A stretch of DNA of 64,000 nt from Candidatus Omnitrophota bacterium (GCA_011620275.1 WOZK01000030.1:70242-134241); one strand, 5' to 3'; counted from the first letter of the stretch, positions 61,101 to 64,000 are shown. Notes: generated by a model not told the origin, from the letters alone. Numbers and translations: made by a program.

Positions 61101-64000
61101 GGCCCCTTTACCGTCACGGGGATTCCGGACTGCTTCCGAGATCAGGAAAGCTTCCTGCGGGTTGGCTTTCAGGTAAAGCGCGGTGGGATGTATCTGGATC
61201 AAATGCATATTGGTAAGCTTGGCCCCGGCACGCAGTAATACCGCATGCCCGTCACCGGTTGCCGCGGGAGAGTTGGTAGTCCTGGGAAATACCCGCCCTC
61301 CGCCGCCCATTCCAACCACGGTTTTCTCCGCCAGGTAGAAAATGAATTTACCGCTGGAAAGATCCAATCCTACCGCTCCTAAAACCTCTTTTTCTCCGCC
61401 TGCCGTGTCTTTAGTCAAAAGATCCAGGACAAAAAAGTTTTCGACTTTTTGGATATTCCGCCCTTTTTCAATCAGGTCATTGACATTCTCCGTTAAAGTC
61501 CTTTGTATTTCCCTTCCGGTGGCCGCCCCATCGGCCTTAAGAATCCTGGAAATTCCGGAATACCCGCCTTCCCGGCTGAGATTGAGAACATCCGTTTTCC
61601 CGTCCTTGGACTTTTTCATATCGAAATTTGCGCCTCTCTCCATTATTCTTTTAAGACGCAGCGTAAACCCGCACACATCATCCCGTACCACAGACAGCTT
61701 ATTAAGCAAATCCCCAATCAGGATCGTATCTATCGCGTGACGCTGAGGGGAATCTTTCTTTTCTCCCTCCGGCTGTTCTTTAAGCTCACCGGGCATATTA
61801 GCCGCGGCGCCACCCTGCGCCCGCGGAGTATTCGCTGATTCTTCTATATCTTCATCTTCGCCGCCCTTAAACGCGATAGTGGCGGATACTTTCGGATTTG
61901 CCTCCAGCATCTCCACCACAAATCCAAGCGAAGCGCCGCCTCTGCCAAGAGAAAGTATCTCGGTCCGGCGTATTTCGCTGTTGGCGATAACTGATAGTTT
62001 CCTGTTAATATTAGGATACGAAGAAAGATATTGCCGATAAGCATCGATTGCGTTTTGGCGCGATTGAGTAGTGTTGAGGACACCGGCGTATATACTGAAG
62101 GCCTCTAAAACTGTTTGAAGCTCTGTGGAATTGAAAAAGGCGGTAAATAATTCATAGGTTTGAGGAGAAAAAAACACGCGCGCGTTTCCTTCCATAACCT
62201 CAACGGCGACAAATACCGGAGGCGCACGGGCAGGCTGTTCGGTAAGACAGTAGAATTCAACCGGCGGATTCGTCCCTTCGGAAAGCATCCTTTCATAGAT
62301 ACTTTTGACCGGGATATCCCTGCCATCTCCCGGAATCATTCCTTGATTCGGACTCAATATGTCGTAATATCCTTGCCTGACGAACACTATATCTATTTTA
62401 TCGCCTCCGTCAAAACCGCTGTCAACGGTGCTTTCCGAAACAGGTCTATCCTTGTTTTCATTAGACGCGGCAACTACGGCATTTGTTTTCGGCCAATACT
62501 GTGTTATCAAATCCCTGCGAATACTGCCTCGACGGATAAAAATACTCCCATTGCGACGATATATCTTGAAGAGGCCTATGAAAGCCAGTATCGCGGGCGA
62601 TAAAGGAAGTTTCTTGTCTCCCTGTAGAACCTTAAAAGGGATATCTTGGCTATCGTCCACGTTCATAAGTCCGCAAATGAATCTTCCGGCAGAACTGTCC
62701 ATATTCAATATGTTCCCCAGAAGGCCTATCACATTTGATGTATTACGTTCACTCACTCCGTAGGCCTCGGCATGACTTCTAATATAGAACCTAAAGTCCT
62801 TCATGTATAGCGACTTAAGGGCAACGAAGACTTCGGGAGTGATCGTTTCTGGTCTTTTCTCTCCCTGAGTCAACAAGCCGTAATGCCGCAGGAGAGATAA
62901 TATTACCGCCACCTGGATGTCAATCTTTTCTCCTCCGTCCTGGTTAACCTTAGCTGTCTCTGCAGTGTCAAAGCCGGGATTAACACATTCCGCCATGACG
63001 CCCCATACTTCTATGCGAGGCCAATACAACTTCATGATCTCTTGGCTGATACTACCACCTTTTATGACATAGGCAGTGCGGACTGAACCAAGATTAAGAA
63101 TACCGATGACCGCCAGCAAAGCCGGAGAGAAGGGCTGGCGGTGGTAATTTGGACCAAATACCTGCCGCTCTAAATCGCCGTATTTTGTCGGCGCTCTTGG
63201 CTCTTCAAGCGTATATAGCGCATATAAAAGAGCGCGAGTAGCTTTATCGGGAAGCTCCCTCAGAATATGATCCAACTTTCGTATAGTTGCGGCTTTTGTG
63301 TTTATTGTCGGCGCCACACGCCGGGGGCTGAAACCTTTATCAGCACAATATTTCTCTCTTAAAGCAATAAACTCTTCCGGGCTGACCGAAGCAGTATCTC
63401 CCATTTTATGGGCTTCCCGTATTCCGTAGTGGCGCAATAATCCGAATAACGCTTCTACCTGTTCATTATTCCTCCCCCCGTCGTCTGCGTACAGCTCGAA
63501 TTTCTGCCGCAAGGTCTGTTCTAACTCTCCCGGGCGGTCTTTTGCCGTCAGATCTCTTATTATCTCCCTGCTTTCATCCTCGCTTATTTTCATGAGCCCG
63601 GCAAAAACCTTGGCCAACAGGTCCCGCTGTGAAACTTTCGTCAACCATATCCACAATCTATCGGCTTCTGCCAATTGACGTATACCATCCTTCAAAGCCC
63701 CCGGGTTAGTTCCCTTCGGGATTCCCATGTTTTCTCGCTGTTCTCCCGAACTTTCCTCAAGAGCTTTCAAGACTATTTCCTCGAGACGGCGTGGCCTTTC
63801 GGTAATATCGGATTGGCACCGCGGATTATCCTCGGCAAAAAGAGAAGGATCCTTTCTAAACAATTGCAATTTGCTAAAAAATTTGGCCGTATCATAGCCT
63901 CCGTCTTGAATTAAACTTCCGGCAGTATGCTGGGTTTGTTGGGCGTCGCGCGCAGTGTGCATCCTCTGCCGCAGACGGACATTGTCCGATTCACCCGGTT
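31164..64000 (-). CDS. Giant multidomain protein / putative DGG-delimited polyprotein, 5'-truncated by the window (at least 10,944 aa)
   Basis: 10,932-aa ORF from ATG 63962; the 12 codons upstream to the edge (PGESDNVRLRQR) have no stop, so the true start probably lies outside the window; many recognisable in-frame domains. Confidence 0.93.
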   Translation of the reverse strand, partial: PGESDNVRLRQRMHTARDAQQTQHTAGSLIQDGGYDTAKFFSKLQLFRKDPSLFAEDNPRCQSDITERPRRLEEIVLKALEESSGEQRENMGIPKGTNPGALKDGIRQLAEADRLWIWLTKVSQRDLLAKVFAGLMKISEDESREIIRDLTAKDRPGELEQTLRQKFELYADDGGRNNEQVEALFGLLRHYGIREAHKMGDTASVSPEEFIALREKYCADKGFSPRRVAPTINTKAATIRKLDHILRELPDKATRALLYALYTLEEPRAPTKYGDLERQVFGPNYHRQPFSPALLAVIGILNLGSVRTAYVIKGGSISQEIMKLYWPRIEVWGVMAECVNPGFDTAETAKVNQDGGEKIDIQVAVILSLLRHYGLLTQGEKRPETITPEVFVALKSLYMKDFRFYIRSHAEAYGVSERNTSNVIGLLGNILNMDSSAGRFICGLMNVDDSQDIPFKVLQGDKKLPLSPAILAFIGLFKIYRRNGSIFIRRGSIRRDLITQYWPKTNAVVAASNENKDRPVSESTVDSGFDGGDKIDIVFVRQGYYDILSPNQGMIPGDGRDIPVKSIYERMLSEGTNPPVEFYCLTEQPARAPPVFVAVEVMEGNARVFFSPQTYELFTAFFNSTELQTVLEAFSIYAGVLNTTQSRQNAIDAYRQYLSSYPNINRKLSVIANSEIRRTEILSLGRGGASLGFVVEMLEANPKVSATIAFKGGEDEDIEESANTPRAQGGAAANMPGELKEQPEGEKKDSPQRHAIDTILIGDLLNKLSVVRDDVCGFTLRLKRIMERGANFDMKKSKDGKTDVLNLSREGGYSGISRILKADGAATGREIQRTLTENVNDLIEKGRNIQKVENFFVLDLLTKDTAGGEKEVLGAVGLDLSSGKFIFYLAEKTVVGMGGGGRVFPRTTNSPAATGDGHAVLLRAGAKLTNMHLIQIHPTALYLKANPQEAFLISEAVRNPRDGKGARLCVLEPDEDGNPVFFMHKYDPKLEMAERYVVSLAILQEMEKSGKPYVYLFIPDMEDFKEHFGNLYEEIKKRDKNFNEAEHLIRIAPAAHYTIGGAPVNKSGRSLLKRLFVLGESAYTGLHGAERMASNSLSELLQMAFNAAMAMKEYVFGKEELSLAGIAIPEVLYRVSPGEELSDVEAMDRRMGEIMQKNVWLTRNKEGLTEAKRAVEEMREKISEMTLTTRKALELRNKLDFSWAVILCALYSEQSIGPHRREDFPDRDYENGNKWIEIDEKGVITEVPVEIPVGELQWLFNIPSVVMPDESNWYLGIDEYLASSLLILRRAALSSVGKSELSNAITFVVHAEAFGGVEPAYQEILNAFRQAGYTESCSPEEIGEGEFYIEISPVDEPADEDVIMITAHLMLGNKPCEQAGEGDKEDGGYELKTGPSYWKGADASGIIPLLKAVNEIGGNLNSLEIAFSGYRPSSVSPSTVDALKAASEENAVYLTCHAPHVDIVKEQANTRAIRETIEFASRVGARAVTMHLTTPGKLFTDSVLPLVRLAEREKVVLSIENVHQIPIKLNADWHSAADMNSTFASLSGILSSREKKHLGMTLDLGHALASPQGAPDKFLRELDTDIPIAVVHAHGSDFLNQMTKEIHLPLYKALSLNGALEEVLKILIKERGFSEVFILEYESTPENIKRVAARDAAFLGKIIQKVLNNDGGDGRYKMSVPFEVWNNATSAMEGKRFHLSGKELSKLQDHTLKNFILPPSGAVYVGNRTWKTFSRFPQAEAEVVIKDGRVRAVRIIKDKEGSPVSDREGKGYYFIIGRDRNKRVYPPSISPSPQELDQALADAGGVIESAIKRLGISEHHYRQLRKDPKYLEVIERHKAAVKEKFYADRVPDEVILDCMERTNFHGSRALALLQKEGYVVKLNTFKTRVRRLRKKSAEFRAKEKEFGLFGDHLKKSGDPGKKVSVPVQGIKNMPAGKASREDIKKAMRENGFRTNAALRHLCSNGKLVSRGVMDTVVYRLTTPGEPGYDKKFAGDYNKNRLTAEEVVSALKKSDYNPHKGFELLRSNGKRITYDAFYAWVKKLTNPGGKYYDDLLTQKYNEWKKNSRRNECPASVKSGKSRKRPAHVHAGVGDERSADYPTERWILPGPSGITPCLRGEAGLYQCENDEGIFPVSCGTGLVETETPSFDQENFISFRKELDEKINMQIRMRAFKSALFHLNSLRSVHRGIDRIQAVLDDKEVRIWEAVWNAADVGLISEYLITLSYSLPYGPKETFNKLQPGVLVQHPLAGLFAGYRIPPTLENLKVVLGFFSGQTASDLQRELIELQRIMREVAAEGSFRGFVEAGELSLRKENPSFQRVLEEMGATGARNNRKNDGGDADLKLRSSQKLLTSLKGLGVGYSTKGNMCIVNQKELLSQLNSGKFEYIDRIVTEVPPTKAKELSDKGYTVVNGTEQAWVFDERKLFRLSGEDSEFYGFWLPLFRQALSAQRCDLAYLNKKLGEGLLHFLRAKFSEEMRRIIEKDTAWDTFIHRLSLMNYMPGIDAILTDRSRKKNTNAEALGEYLLAFERYVNGKGIVDLEAVSLAERILSGLPFEKTSAQITVIVVQYGCKVTRRSPKDAKNPGRDGGEKVFPLIFSNSRFWERRFTYRAGKIAGGQLDMPASRSNPGIEQKFLFAISLLPNTPPDCAIYVTPGIRTPLFRDSGTSTTYLSRTYDQHSTSNIELHEALFDLKQLAVLTGISGKNKEIRLFDFSITVLFYSLLALFGDCGPHKEFFRAVRSNKSFLKAFLTGAEKSMTRQTSVSVGSSIPPAHLPDIFPDVFALFSSNELSDLVGDTWSKLPVWGFRRVSLDGIMNAVLINYLEKSGCCRLNEKDRNRLIAENNPHLAAVNIAYLFSKQGTGLLQKFPFPLVWSMIDIAEMCRIREAFGFKPLSPDRKIRMTDDEGAFRSWFAGCYCNTKKAGTLLLRLAADESGSERGLYLQRLRRIREIMGVSSFENMLNILEKEGGAAAVQNYRGYAREQDGGKGKLVTPRDASLKKGMVSTEAVDSAVRDTIRGGRESFSRSSLVKTILQAGRDSIFEVQGPSKAPRMFLMENHGDAFSSWEIGRLLKRITNPAVLIHFDTHQDMCDIWDFYPLSRSIKAVARRRPAFDQFISPAVYDGYVDEIYWVLPEYMRDGRRKYLYWNPDVSPIFKPVNSYRYFANFLISERKEIDMYVADLTVKNGTGTHPVIYFRPVHPLEEGSWVMDFRENTGWDITVGAVRRIKVHKVYTDELPDFSLNRKPVILDFDADYFWDKNISPIEDKQEAEIEGILGILRKQIRGICKILEEKKVKPYVITVALSRGYTPESFMDPILRELLSGLYLLYIGQISKMKIRKYRADGKPDFPAGVEKGSMDVLDGGTHEAEQTVDSEMFMPLWNGLSQDEREVLTAVAHNTKPNEKIYVAKVKRWNGKLSYILMNNKFFSRLVGKLDCGGEKLLSPAPYGGKYRLDCRFRLFILQITNEEDIYQDIKTQEELFQRVNAALEQIRAQRGPSRKASPISKTEVFKHDPKIKIAFHKCRNDWFKDWKDLCCKARDYLLKKIILDVIEKKGDLNGDDLYKAVRKAGVPCQKKYLLKIRRRILPEVSRQEQEKAQKDGGETTERISVIPPTSPISGLIEKAQTLRISINYLCERALPKMLAALEGYNGEWVKPAVDMGERLLDAGIFHICKVLEIGVPLAARFSKGDVSLYQDNLVLLAKLCMRLDQEGYSPAKTMECLKDRIIYPGIENDLSFQEALSAAYNFLKEHRGWFKVFHHRLSAKREAAGSLRKNSRDGGERQSSLSTSGTLRFSREPIRDATGKGIIAVYPGYFKDDSRSADTFTNGHLEVVRRAVAMFDTVYIGIGPNPDKEGKQWFSRQENKAMIEFCLKTAGITNVKVICYDGLTVDCARSFGAGVFRRGVRDYKDLKSELPLAWANLLLAPSIPTVFLVPYVYTNVSSSYVKELLRKDAPVRELHWAIPCNILQPLLKRYRERGGIYQPGDESFGFDGGARADMFENYSWLGRLGQELESKNGGPLGVLIREDYPQGGRASFWNGRYEYTAGQGTLVYAYMKNVRIIGEKELFEIRLLVAEKEILEQARYEQIGTNPIYVHEVGAGNKGILFLFEFTNFPFSKKAGKVNKNKTLWLKNLAMSWKFQHKGYGSLIHSRLYEFFVECFPDWYVMGEIASPAILHLWERDWTGLEQLEKYDINIPVSSLPQWWKAQIKRKDTDNGSSGAVRSDGGVHAIKGFIFMLAGFVIQGVWGGTLFGAAVLLFISEDDIAEKSKEESPLLYLILAGMIIPLGLLSYLSGLDFPAGTCWGLAITCFYIALKLPDKPRPQAGVSGNLDGGNIKKTSCPLEGVLGSGRVTVTDRMDGGRKFPPLLASGQGIPSLRWELGMWMLPKEMRELLRRPCEIKVNKITGLSAETLSIPAVELLRQKNSLANLGLLDLQTIYRAELDQNTSLVLIPDQRDINLEGFLEIFMDKNTQKIIGYGLSHLFGGDLSLGMHFFKEYRPQHRAREIFPSRLAVVNSIFENNEYMLDRFIIPSCQINNPDALGAGALIFYLRFGFRPEGEWLNNIAVKIIEGIVYNGERNQTDILGLFSQTVLNLPLENTKDGGYELEIRKGSDAQGIISPRLNTGIREEKNGGHTEPAGGRKRTGKDGGADNKNILPRLRQILSRERNRALKEFLLRTSPEVLILSGKIPEQALNVLVDLYGADLERFVKQDRYRDLYMAVNMWDAVFCENPGRRPAPLRWSSEYGKPLRSLARQAFYNDIPYFGENTASQRAHFDARARVFLEQARKGGMIVYWHSDRKGFVYTVYDPDEKVSARVSLTLTIGIIAAEIESYYTDSNAEYLEEACRKGSLFQIKAQRHYCGGFLYPKGLAYQTRKEAEDELVLLIQGVLQEGRDIYSAAGQTLSLRDLLFALYWHNVAQASIAAVSDAQESEDYSLSEEDVLSIKLKESFQALREFAGARKLTLGALTLAVYRVMKDSRSYQPHFSDIIEVLNKNTRRILKEAGKAQEQLDKSEPERAEEEHKSDISYEGRLRARHTLFRLGLPVGRETIHLALSPGAEGELNKRVKLLEKNNILISTVSLQLVGDLKLLKDMMGVWRMFGIEPDCRNFTYMSRIGSVFQVIEMLFRENFPLTVHHLRVDLPIAILKDSLKKELEISDQPSFIFERAALTSKPYVATSGEKDVEKMLVRNGICGEGYGLPDGIIEAPNKEEEGISVSGIEVKMWSDFSWIRHYAIIAHLRTIEKNSEFENDFNPLLIAYLDKDWGRVAEILETHESGTSLLDNIPFLQVEEICRSLYALEKRDPRIHFTGTVYLKIPENSSYIQEIINFYNTHPGYIGYGFKRLVPVVVSKHNGANSSGAKDGGRCGVVQDIAGGSRDEIAGIHPFEAITSIVMNPPAGLRTEEARCSIYDILTRGKVPSRAPPIDKGLPPYEFSLQNDELNPLIIGSFPNNISQDFHNALLSDSGKTADGGERGVCESDMKADRAEVSLQPVVSGKYVNKDVIIDSCDGYRESEVWQVIKNSLSLIKKNKEWGNIFADKGRTTEFSFVFYKDTENNIFLYQRRGGVVYFPVSIFDAALKPSNSNRHNILTFAFRHQLNSLNSADEEDILRQDTNFFLRLHKEERDTILRDAGGYGYPAVAVLSEINDALEDIDVARIYNSVFGENIDAYIPNPAYLRRRLASLFETYGRHKVDITEGTLAALCLEFAYFSIRENKGNTSIFFDDLLDVLEAIVLWDVLMPDVDMGVFLRKMDELAAESIWGIRTGRQRGNAFLRSYGIDTFKEFYRIVGDVRRKESKVRPQHYRRYISRIRGILGVVSGVHKFNLVFRDEVDIGFIRELSRVFYFSTGAPQYSAEKEIDGLGRNRQGIHTLYEFKFSSLLKHFYEQTAGFNKKFSVFRLLYDAHRGVLPSLPDSRELNSARNFVYHAENDNGGISYYLEKFVRNNGVSLHPFSGISLAERFSWDEDGVTACLSLEEYKDLLLYMAPGYAKETTNIKWREYSYPNAKQEIQDEVERYINTMFVKLKDCYPDGNFDIYISISNPKRDVSEGRDKLGSEWQIRRMAMHPDEKDGGREKTALPIALRKLSELMNKKLDWNKYGYGEYIKYGVIERNVDVFSPQEVLSCGYGDCCLMPHFLIEGMKKLHINVDHFRVLSLLLPYGKGRMSVPHIMAEFGFKERDYLAGFSPYDAMILGKRGIVPYAAELEDLVAVNLNKERNLSEYYGDLICKEISCGECGNSPNGEIVFRETGKINDLSGVTTVCVGDLDLGLPMRYFYTENILERVRILRVEIGRDTYFAVRMQMDQMKFNAAEGRLEQTDGIDTLFACPWDDLPRLKQFVSSQRVPGELYRIFSDETLRPGYLLMEPLMEEITGSGVALDAAGRNGESLYYMILNLLCPGESGEDKLNKLYCQRNNFLNRAYRGDYFISLPDGGRLIREDTGLEDSRLRITRIFGKDGREYVICGCKWGTVEFYFEANAGTMMDLSIYKGIGAPSVSAGMLLSAVFDDIRDSFPTAGYFEMTGVCIDSRELWKIIRSRLATLRCDSVRVEDRKLIFGKVMKAGLFGYVEEMKTPLPAVPDERWRKAARQARAEDITGINGLISVPGISAEDIHDGGSGPVVVYRDGMRISEQNVSYLRPAGGGLYIYRAAADDGRGVLTFEVSVSKDSQGRNTCALGKISIRKERWAKSGFGRKIFAFALEEILYNPRFHAFERIDEMSTSGICTEELRLGETIKRWFSLGFDRIELSHIGMEYEEGIGRQVRLKRTLPDGDARRYLNEEVRVVSHQLLPENDFFKAEISLSQTGDLRKMADLLVSYSGRDADRRTPDFDVSCGLILEQLKTTYQVTGRQLKPLMWVFDHIKYSNAGGFLKNYDPARRGYLFLIFAVKERYNLEYALLSVISGILHSCNAVTSIAPQPEKTIELISSSSGFKRFLGFCGIDLSKLILLIRSTETPLSACTSEIIDRTLENYDTREAAILSGMIGYLRSINNLPAYAQKRGADYSAECRILPWPIGRPSIRSCENDGGAGPVSFSTGSLFEAAGNMERTAVSGGVLIVDLDDTLLRTTLDYPSSDFIRRRYYMIKDSIQNNIYSSGEIKEPEEFGIWMQEQVDWLKSVAMKEYTDVERLGVRLGIYRMTEGADHLLKTAERLGLRIVVLTGRDESTKAGTLAVLKSAGIDIPEGNIRFCGYGEGKKAKMLAAELYSSRAPPALYYIDDSSFCVAEIHSLLQTLPLQNAHIVHLISSRSRFSYEYYLDGINSRHIAADSYLGSFASFISGHVSWVDWPPKIAIYSAWGRDYELRGILLRKQGEHLMTPYSRFNRRSAEEFGEGALEQFTYDLLSVSAEAYEKDVYDLLEGNTPLRAPQGRMKCRRFLGSTAGLSWEKKIGLILKMELLRPQGVDSIERAAASCGQADELYFDNEISAIAGEAETVIRALKTARLERAEELFDGGAEWEQKLSGLFLELIDSLIELRREPAEDTWIRVNDLSHEVSLLIMQDRRPRDLLYLEGREVRALFPFLLGSDNTVILDAICRFGEFYSLPDDDIRFIAKRFEKRILELIEKGDSEQAAKLARILTMVAEKSGGMSGVGREERRLNNPDGGKNRIINEGEYLCDGDFPINYSSILQELENWLEEQWNDEEWGGDALFKELMFFDSLGPEGGDDDQTRVLFLSGREEIVGRFFVYLSRIKKYSEKWGEASTHYKIQWCSGEEIFSRISDDSKREIIDDLIGISRGDGEALEHILAHPLDYIRLNIAASLAAESFHGETCLADAYAAGKPVDSRPTNKYTYLFFKFGMGSLDVDPTGKNIRIVLPVILKHEQADRRSPNFWERKTLANHIMSSLKGYPRAQNGDGGRPYADNPGDRAISRPHHFMRKFYFAGARQISFNYSRLALFAIIAGGWFVSGLLPGFSLSAHWGLGLGGSVMLFLAAAIPLFWGIGIGHEIIHYCAGTLFGQRRLRIVVSRYEGGGALERLFPSLFKSRNALLAVDRAKVLEIAGDEEWWNVFFIDPAGEKLIFRGDFETLVRSSTVPQRKKDDLLGLQAQASCYHIMSTCGLPAENLAKDMFAVLLPSFMHSIIGLYLIRLGTPLEMAIGLIVFFPILTGLSYRGDLSIFVYPYWENIIAEFQQHEGLWRILTKRRFYLENLQEGYTPDMSREVTVVIPRGLYEVLHNRLSAVDIRDLEDLEYIINTLLVVLLRADNLVKAELQEKGYKPAASYQRERFLESLEHISSRTSEQQQETYAGFLHDVISAVYEDPVFCNEDRGYFSFALNGLLKVNVDLSGSIIVERINSSLVQEWDYPFIGDEEKRTFGDGGNRNVKTGLSGYPERAMDIYGNAPFIDAIVKRLREVLYEGIKRSVLKDSERIRNVNSMEKEEKKVKEDSASDGGAVEECARRIDAVIPQGNPGGLSADDFSRFVRESRPESAAEFEKLKDYIAAGSALRNKTGILAVALFGLYLESKTGPPRSRASALPVGTAVFLLSYLRISNPHTIDHLRKHLFVDFWMAMHPDEKDGGSDDSLRGIEDILHETRRINARIDQEVRSAVSGPEEILTVSSDIWDEFREMFREIFALLNESGVQEKRAGSTFDMPRFLALLQKKPLESDRLLMFRQSAVMYEGKLIVNMPFLSLHRIIQTLSVTDSNVRRENVRGEVLFSDKTIIPDYWTARGGPGIQPAAAAFGLNTAGNVRILVDIHGAVFRPGHCYELRRRIDSDGQLPFGEQTGSDAADAALQQLLCRQWPEADMRRDEFTALNSWPYVQAKIMSELCRGTAGNETAEIIPYALEIGRTSYHWLKIFSLLRYEFLAAPKLYLDLVTGGYFLENFFPNMIQDLNAASIEGVPEETYHFARKGFQDEVITTLPHLPEGEIKKHALMLAEGLASAVEDESDYTDGGNARPTKKDAWTQYLYLWERVVAEFGLEKKTGIYLLAGGDFVPFAALTTRKKAYTGIIISVNLDEDTRGNDITPETMKDAASQTVGAVRNGISGLFDSEYNSGDERIRCFDSFINIAVDAREVGVIKEKLARLKENGYLTDEKPDYLVLKGLGWLDLSGDFDIKKYVADLLGRIVKEDGLIIVWTLPMVEAYRKVGDRIVCVDISRIRSTDRQITDYANEELQSVGMFTPLEKATDFSRWSSDSQSDGSLMPPSEQTVRGRSSLTGFTSRGCGSTSEVIWAGEHGRMVLPAFSVKVYRNAPVLKPELNSLPSAGVHFLIDNGPIPNADGKEHLDGGWKDRLYWRAYAGRVSIRARWAWIHATGFFIPAFIAGAPFLPYFAVIGADYAADFVVVLAGYILAISYPGLLASFMAITGPGGLNLNAGQKTEGVRRALLVSVLIGGFYVFIGYTGAAVSPSALGMLKIVSVTLLFIYITPQIPIPCAFTRIPYWIMPLAFPLISGPALLVNTFVSLQLYGAYLTVAALSAGMVITYFVLELVKNWEPEEIEKKRQKIYYRAIEAFGYGYLYLLMVYSLNSAVKDLGVWSEHMLECEYILLAVGAAAYALYKTVSWKRDKRAVEEKAGWEEKDKDGGTGQLGVVFSGKCALDANLEQARRLWRLDFRTFELFIGTLSELDDLENMKMLLAGIRQDFGMECVSVHSPNSITSLPAEEIAVYISYCRELAVFLASIQREKPAGVVLYELRGELYSSFDDKLLAFHRIYNHPSVSKDVKILIEGPVCGASAQSNLYLSFPLYLDTLVRKLRVYPHFGLTFDFDHAYHTRLLNALINIQKTITDWVFLWYWKAVNQAAGITQERYEELYPGIKEYLAEAVGLDVPLEDSSFDARVGDFIHKYRPVLTEGGNRALRRFRVPRLGNGITSQFGFDTRFIKEARDEESRRHRICRGLDMYPRIIKRMADRYDAYIWLIHFTGLDIQALYRPRPVVLEIRAEGGQEPLLLFLKSDRYSLLCDQIDYSRAVRQRDGGFAVTGGFTDDAVDERSKKELSEENLIEWMVMRSSVVISGGTEVLLRSVFTIEDILEQFVPGNRTPADRSAVSAIAENLERSGVVEKRYSVTDKFQTMILSGGSGGFNRLIGFMKFFKEKNAGRRLTIAGIKSHPLSARESHVLKRIFEITGGSPVRMREMLAAVRAEDKNYFSARQVSGKTIRIIGELLKEWELMEDEAYLKGSVCRESVIRWIAEQSAVIIPGKCGMFLEMDFTREDVLSHFGCAEDMKTVAEIVKQLEADKMLLCEYVSTGRFHQSLLDGTYGQLLRMRADIRLYEELKGMDKIPVVEIENGRFWGIENKFWEELSVLPGGSLDFLLEILAGIKSGELGYPFSSGMVMEYLKISRKSKGKYDFIKNKLNKLNAGMITSSVGEWGLRVFDKNFEDFLKRRGILGKDMFTYYCLPDLTKNTAMSFPATQNYVIPVLMRIIREQWEKGPFVFDEKYLKRLIPVSVFTNSRYTPGKILSVFWSGKGILEKRKGKLVLDRQILVSMAKKKFSYSGEKPSMPYVDFIAREFGITVAFEMRKTHPGFNLAEKGQGQKGDGGECDQGDVILNDIAPYVEMIKARVVNGGTVVADGGSGRRGVIGVFTVADYKESHRAAEDELIAALDVWGKDWGCVIECMRIPRIIYHTDVDAIRGSADRLCPRFAETPITVFLTGGELFDCIFKAYGIFIVYAVFNKHRPVHIILPEEALSGDNKGRTLLDYLSFLRYVPVNSVVYRDGAVLAENRPVPEEKNSIAVSLYSTIDTFKHDYPGHRRNILSSLSPDNYAAAGKIARKFSLAETEKEGIIKDFLYLSERAGYNQPEAFIGMIRLLLLNCIRPVLIQNVVCLYYMADRMFSIINIFTRLRTRREPQSMLGFIFLIELMEAQGKIGELKDIDGMVVYILGRQFVDKELIRALRNGNDELIKDFDPKRTPAVLAEVFNPLDGGCSERDAVGIFDEDAARFLEPGMDSAQGWRPVEQYNAVFRGEENGSTFYTQGMSFSLPSLSFISIGLSGVCNMTDIYL
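32565..34253 (-). other. Giant-ORF module with an internal ~110-aa duplication
   Basis: ENLIEWMVMRSSVVISG..FTIEDILEQF..IAENLE..YSVTDKF vs ESVIRWIAEQSAVIIPG..FTREDVLSHF..IVKQLE..YVSTGRF. Confidence 0.6.
34263..35426 (-). other. Giant-ORF module: xylose isomerase-like TIM barrel (sugar-phosphate isomerase/epimerase family)
   Basis: FELFIG, SVHSP, ILIEG, GLTFDFDHAY, LIHF, VVLEI. Confidence 0.6.
35436..36314 (-). other. Giant-ORF module: polytopic membrane domain
   Basis: About 8 long hydrophobic stretches between two DGG motifs. Confidence 0.7.
38455..38485 (-). repeat. 31-bp direct repeat at a DGG junction, copy 1 (MAMHPDEKDG)
   Basis: 30/31 identical to 45781-45811. Confidence 0.9.
39060..40433 (-). 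other. Giant-ORF module: membrane-embedded HExxH zinc metallopeptidase-like (M50/site-2-like)
   Basis: TM helices followed by GIGHEIIHY (HEIIH at 40158-40172), more TMs and a GDL motif. Confidence 0.5.
41652..42917 (-). other. Giant-ORF module: HAD-superfamily phosphatase
   Basis: VLIVDLDDTL (motif I), VVLTGR (II), KK (III), YYIDDS (IV). Confidence 0.8.
45781..45811 (-). repeat. 31-bp direct repeat at a DGG junction, copy 2
   Basis: 30/31 identical to 38455-38485. Confidence 0.9.
51330..52019 (-). other. Giant-ORF module: GNAT-like acetyltransferase
   Basis: LWLKNLAMSWKFQHKGYGSLI resembles motif A (Q/RxxGxG). Confidence 0.5.
52029..52661 (-). other. Giant-ORF module: phosphopantetheine adenylyltransferase (CoaD)-like
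   Basis: IAVYPG..DTFTNGHLEVVRRA..FDTVYIGIG.NPDK, DGLTVD, RGVR..DLKSE, TVFL, VSSSYVKEL. Confidence 0.88.
53919..55040 (-). other. Giant-ORF module: UPF0489-like (arginase/deacetylase-fold) protein
   Basis: MENHGDAF..W, LIHFDTHQDM, FISPAV, ILDFDADYF, ITVALS.GYTP. Confidence 0.7.
56991..58982 (-). other. Giant-ORF module: basic region with tandem HTH-like repeats
   Basis: LDQALADAGGVIESAIKRLGIS (Fis-like) plus three similar repeats (ILDCMERTNF.., IKKAMRENGF..SNGK..LTTPG, VVSALKKSDY..SNGK..LTNPG). Confidence 0.55.
58992..59834 (-). other. Giant-ORF module: xylose isomerase-like TIM barrel
   Basis: LEI, LTCHAP, VTMH, LSIENV, GMTLDLGHA, VVHAHG, HLPL, ILEY; fills the interval between two DGG motifs. 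Confidence 0.8.
60270..61965 (-). other. Giant-ORF module: L-aspartate oxidase (NadB)-like flavoprotein
   Basis: AQGGAAA, REGGYS, TGREI, TTNSPAATGDG, QIHPT, LISEAVR, AAHYTIGG, GLHGAERMASNSL, SIGPHRREDFP. Confidence 0.88.
62412..63473 (-). repeat. Two tandem paralogous ~175-aa modules, each bounded by DGG
   Basis: LLRHYG..SPEEFIAL..PFSPALLAVIG..IKGGSI..YWP vs LLRHYG..TPEVFVAL..PLSPAILAFIG..IRRGSI..YWP. Confidence 0.85.
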
